A stretch of 63,764 nucleotides of DNA, filler included, from Octopus bimaculoides (lineage: Eukaryota), in NCBI RefSeq assembly GCF_001194135.2. It is 5 parts of 5 records of this genome, joined end to end, with 100 filler letters (N's around TTAATTAATTAA, not from the genome) between each part and the next. Parts side by side here need not be neighbours in the genome. Positions count along the whole stretch, not along the records: positions 62,531 to 63,764 come from NC_068988.1; 4 more parts are not named here. One strand, given 5' to 3'. The position numbers and the translations under genes are program-made. The stretch's first letter is position 1. The number at the start of each line of letters is the position of its first letter. The notes under the pieces were generated by a model. The model did no database searches and was not told the DNA's origin. It was given only the letters and a program-made list of their open reading frames with translations. This document shows, piece after piece, positions 63,361 to 63,764 of the stretch.

Positions 63361-63764
63361 AGTAATTAAAGTTTTTTATTCGAAGTTATTTTACTAACGA
63401 ACACGCTTTGTAACCATTCAATCTCTTCTGTGAGATCAAATGAGTTTGGAGACCAAAGCTGATGTGTGTGTGTGTGTTTGTAGCACATTTGTGTATCATA
63501 CTAAATGTATATATACTGTTAGAGAGCAAGATGTTGAGGAATTGTCAGAGATAAAATCTCTATGGACTTGTGCTACAGATACAGTATATATCGAAGCGAC
63601 ACATTACATACATGGGTACATATGTGTGCCCGCGCGCGTGTATAATTAGCCAACAATGCGGAAAGAGGTATTTAGAGACCTAGAACTTTTCACCAAAGCA
63701 CTTAACTGAGCACGAAACTTTGGGTTTTCGAGTAACTCTTGTCGTATTATATACATACATATAT

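Overview
AT-rich, microsatellite-dense, gapped animal genomic DNA. The repeat families look like those of an octopus (coleoid cephalopod); this is recognition from memory, not a database search. Four identical 100-bp spacers (44 N + TTAATTAATTAA + 44 N) split the window into five joined pieces. One protein-coding gene can be reconstructed, on the minus strand. Five GT-AG exons (17498-17549, 10194-10338, 9526-9679, 7972-8180, 3946-4100) join in one frame to give about 238 codons of a zinc metallopeptidase. It has HEFAH plus downstream Tyr/Glu spacing like the anthrax-lethal-factor/PPEP-1/MtfA gluzincins, and a C-x3-C-x3-C-x3-C insert; its 5' and 3' ends are unresolved. The rest is mostly mobile DNA: R4/Dong, RTE, CR1/Jockey-type LINE and Penelope remnants, two mariner copies (one complete, with an internal inversion), hAT and other MITEs, a Helentron-type non-autonomous element and several tRNA-SINE families. 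A probably Penelope-derived repeat carries a minimal type-I hammerhead ribozyme motif in three copies, one with an intact core. Most long ORFs in the supplied track are artefacts of N-gaps and microsatellites.
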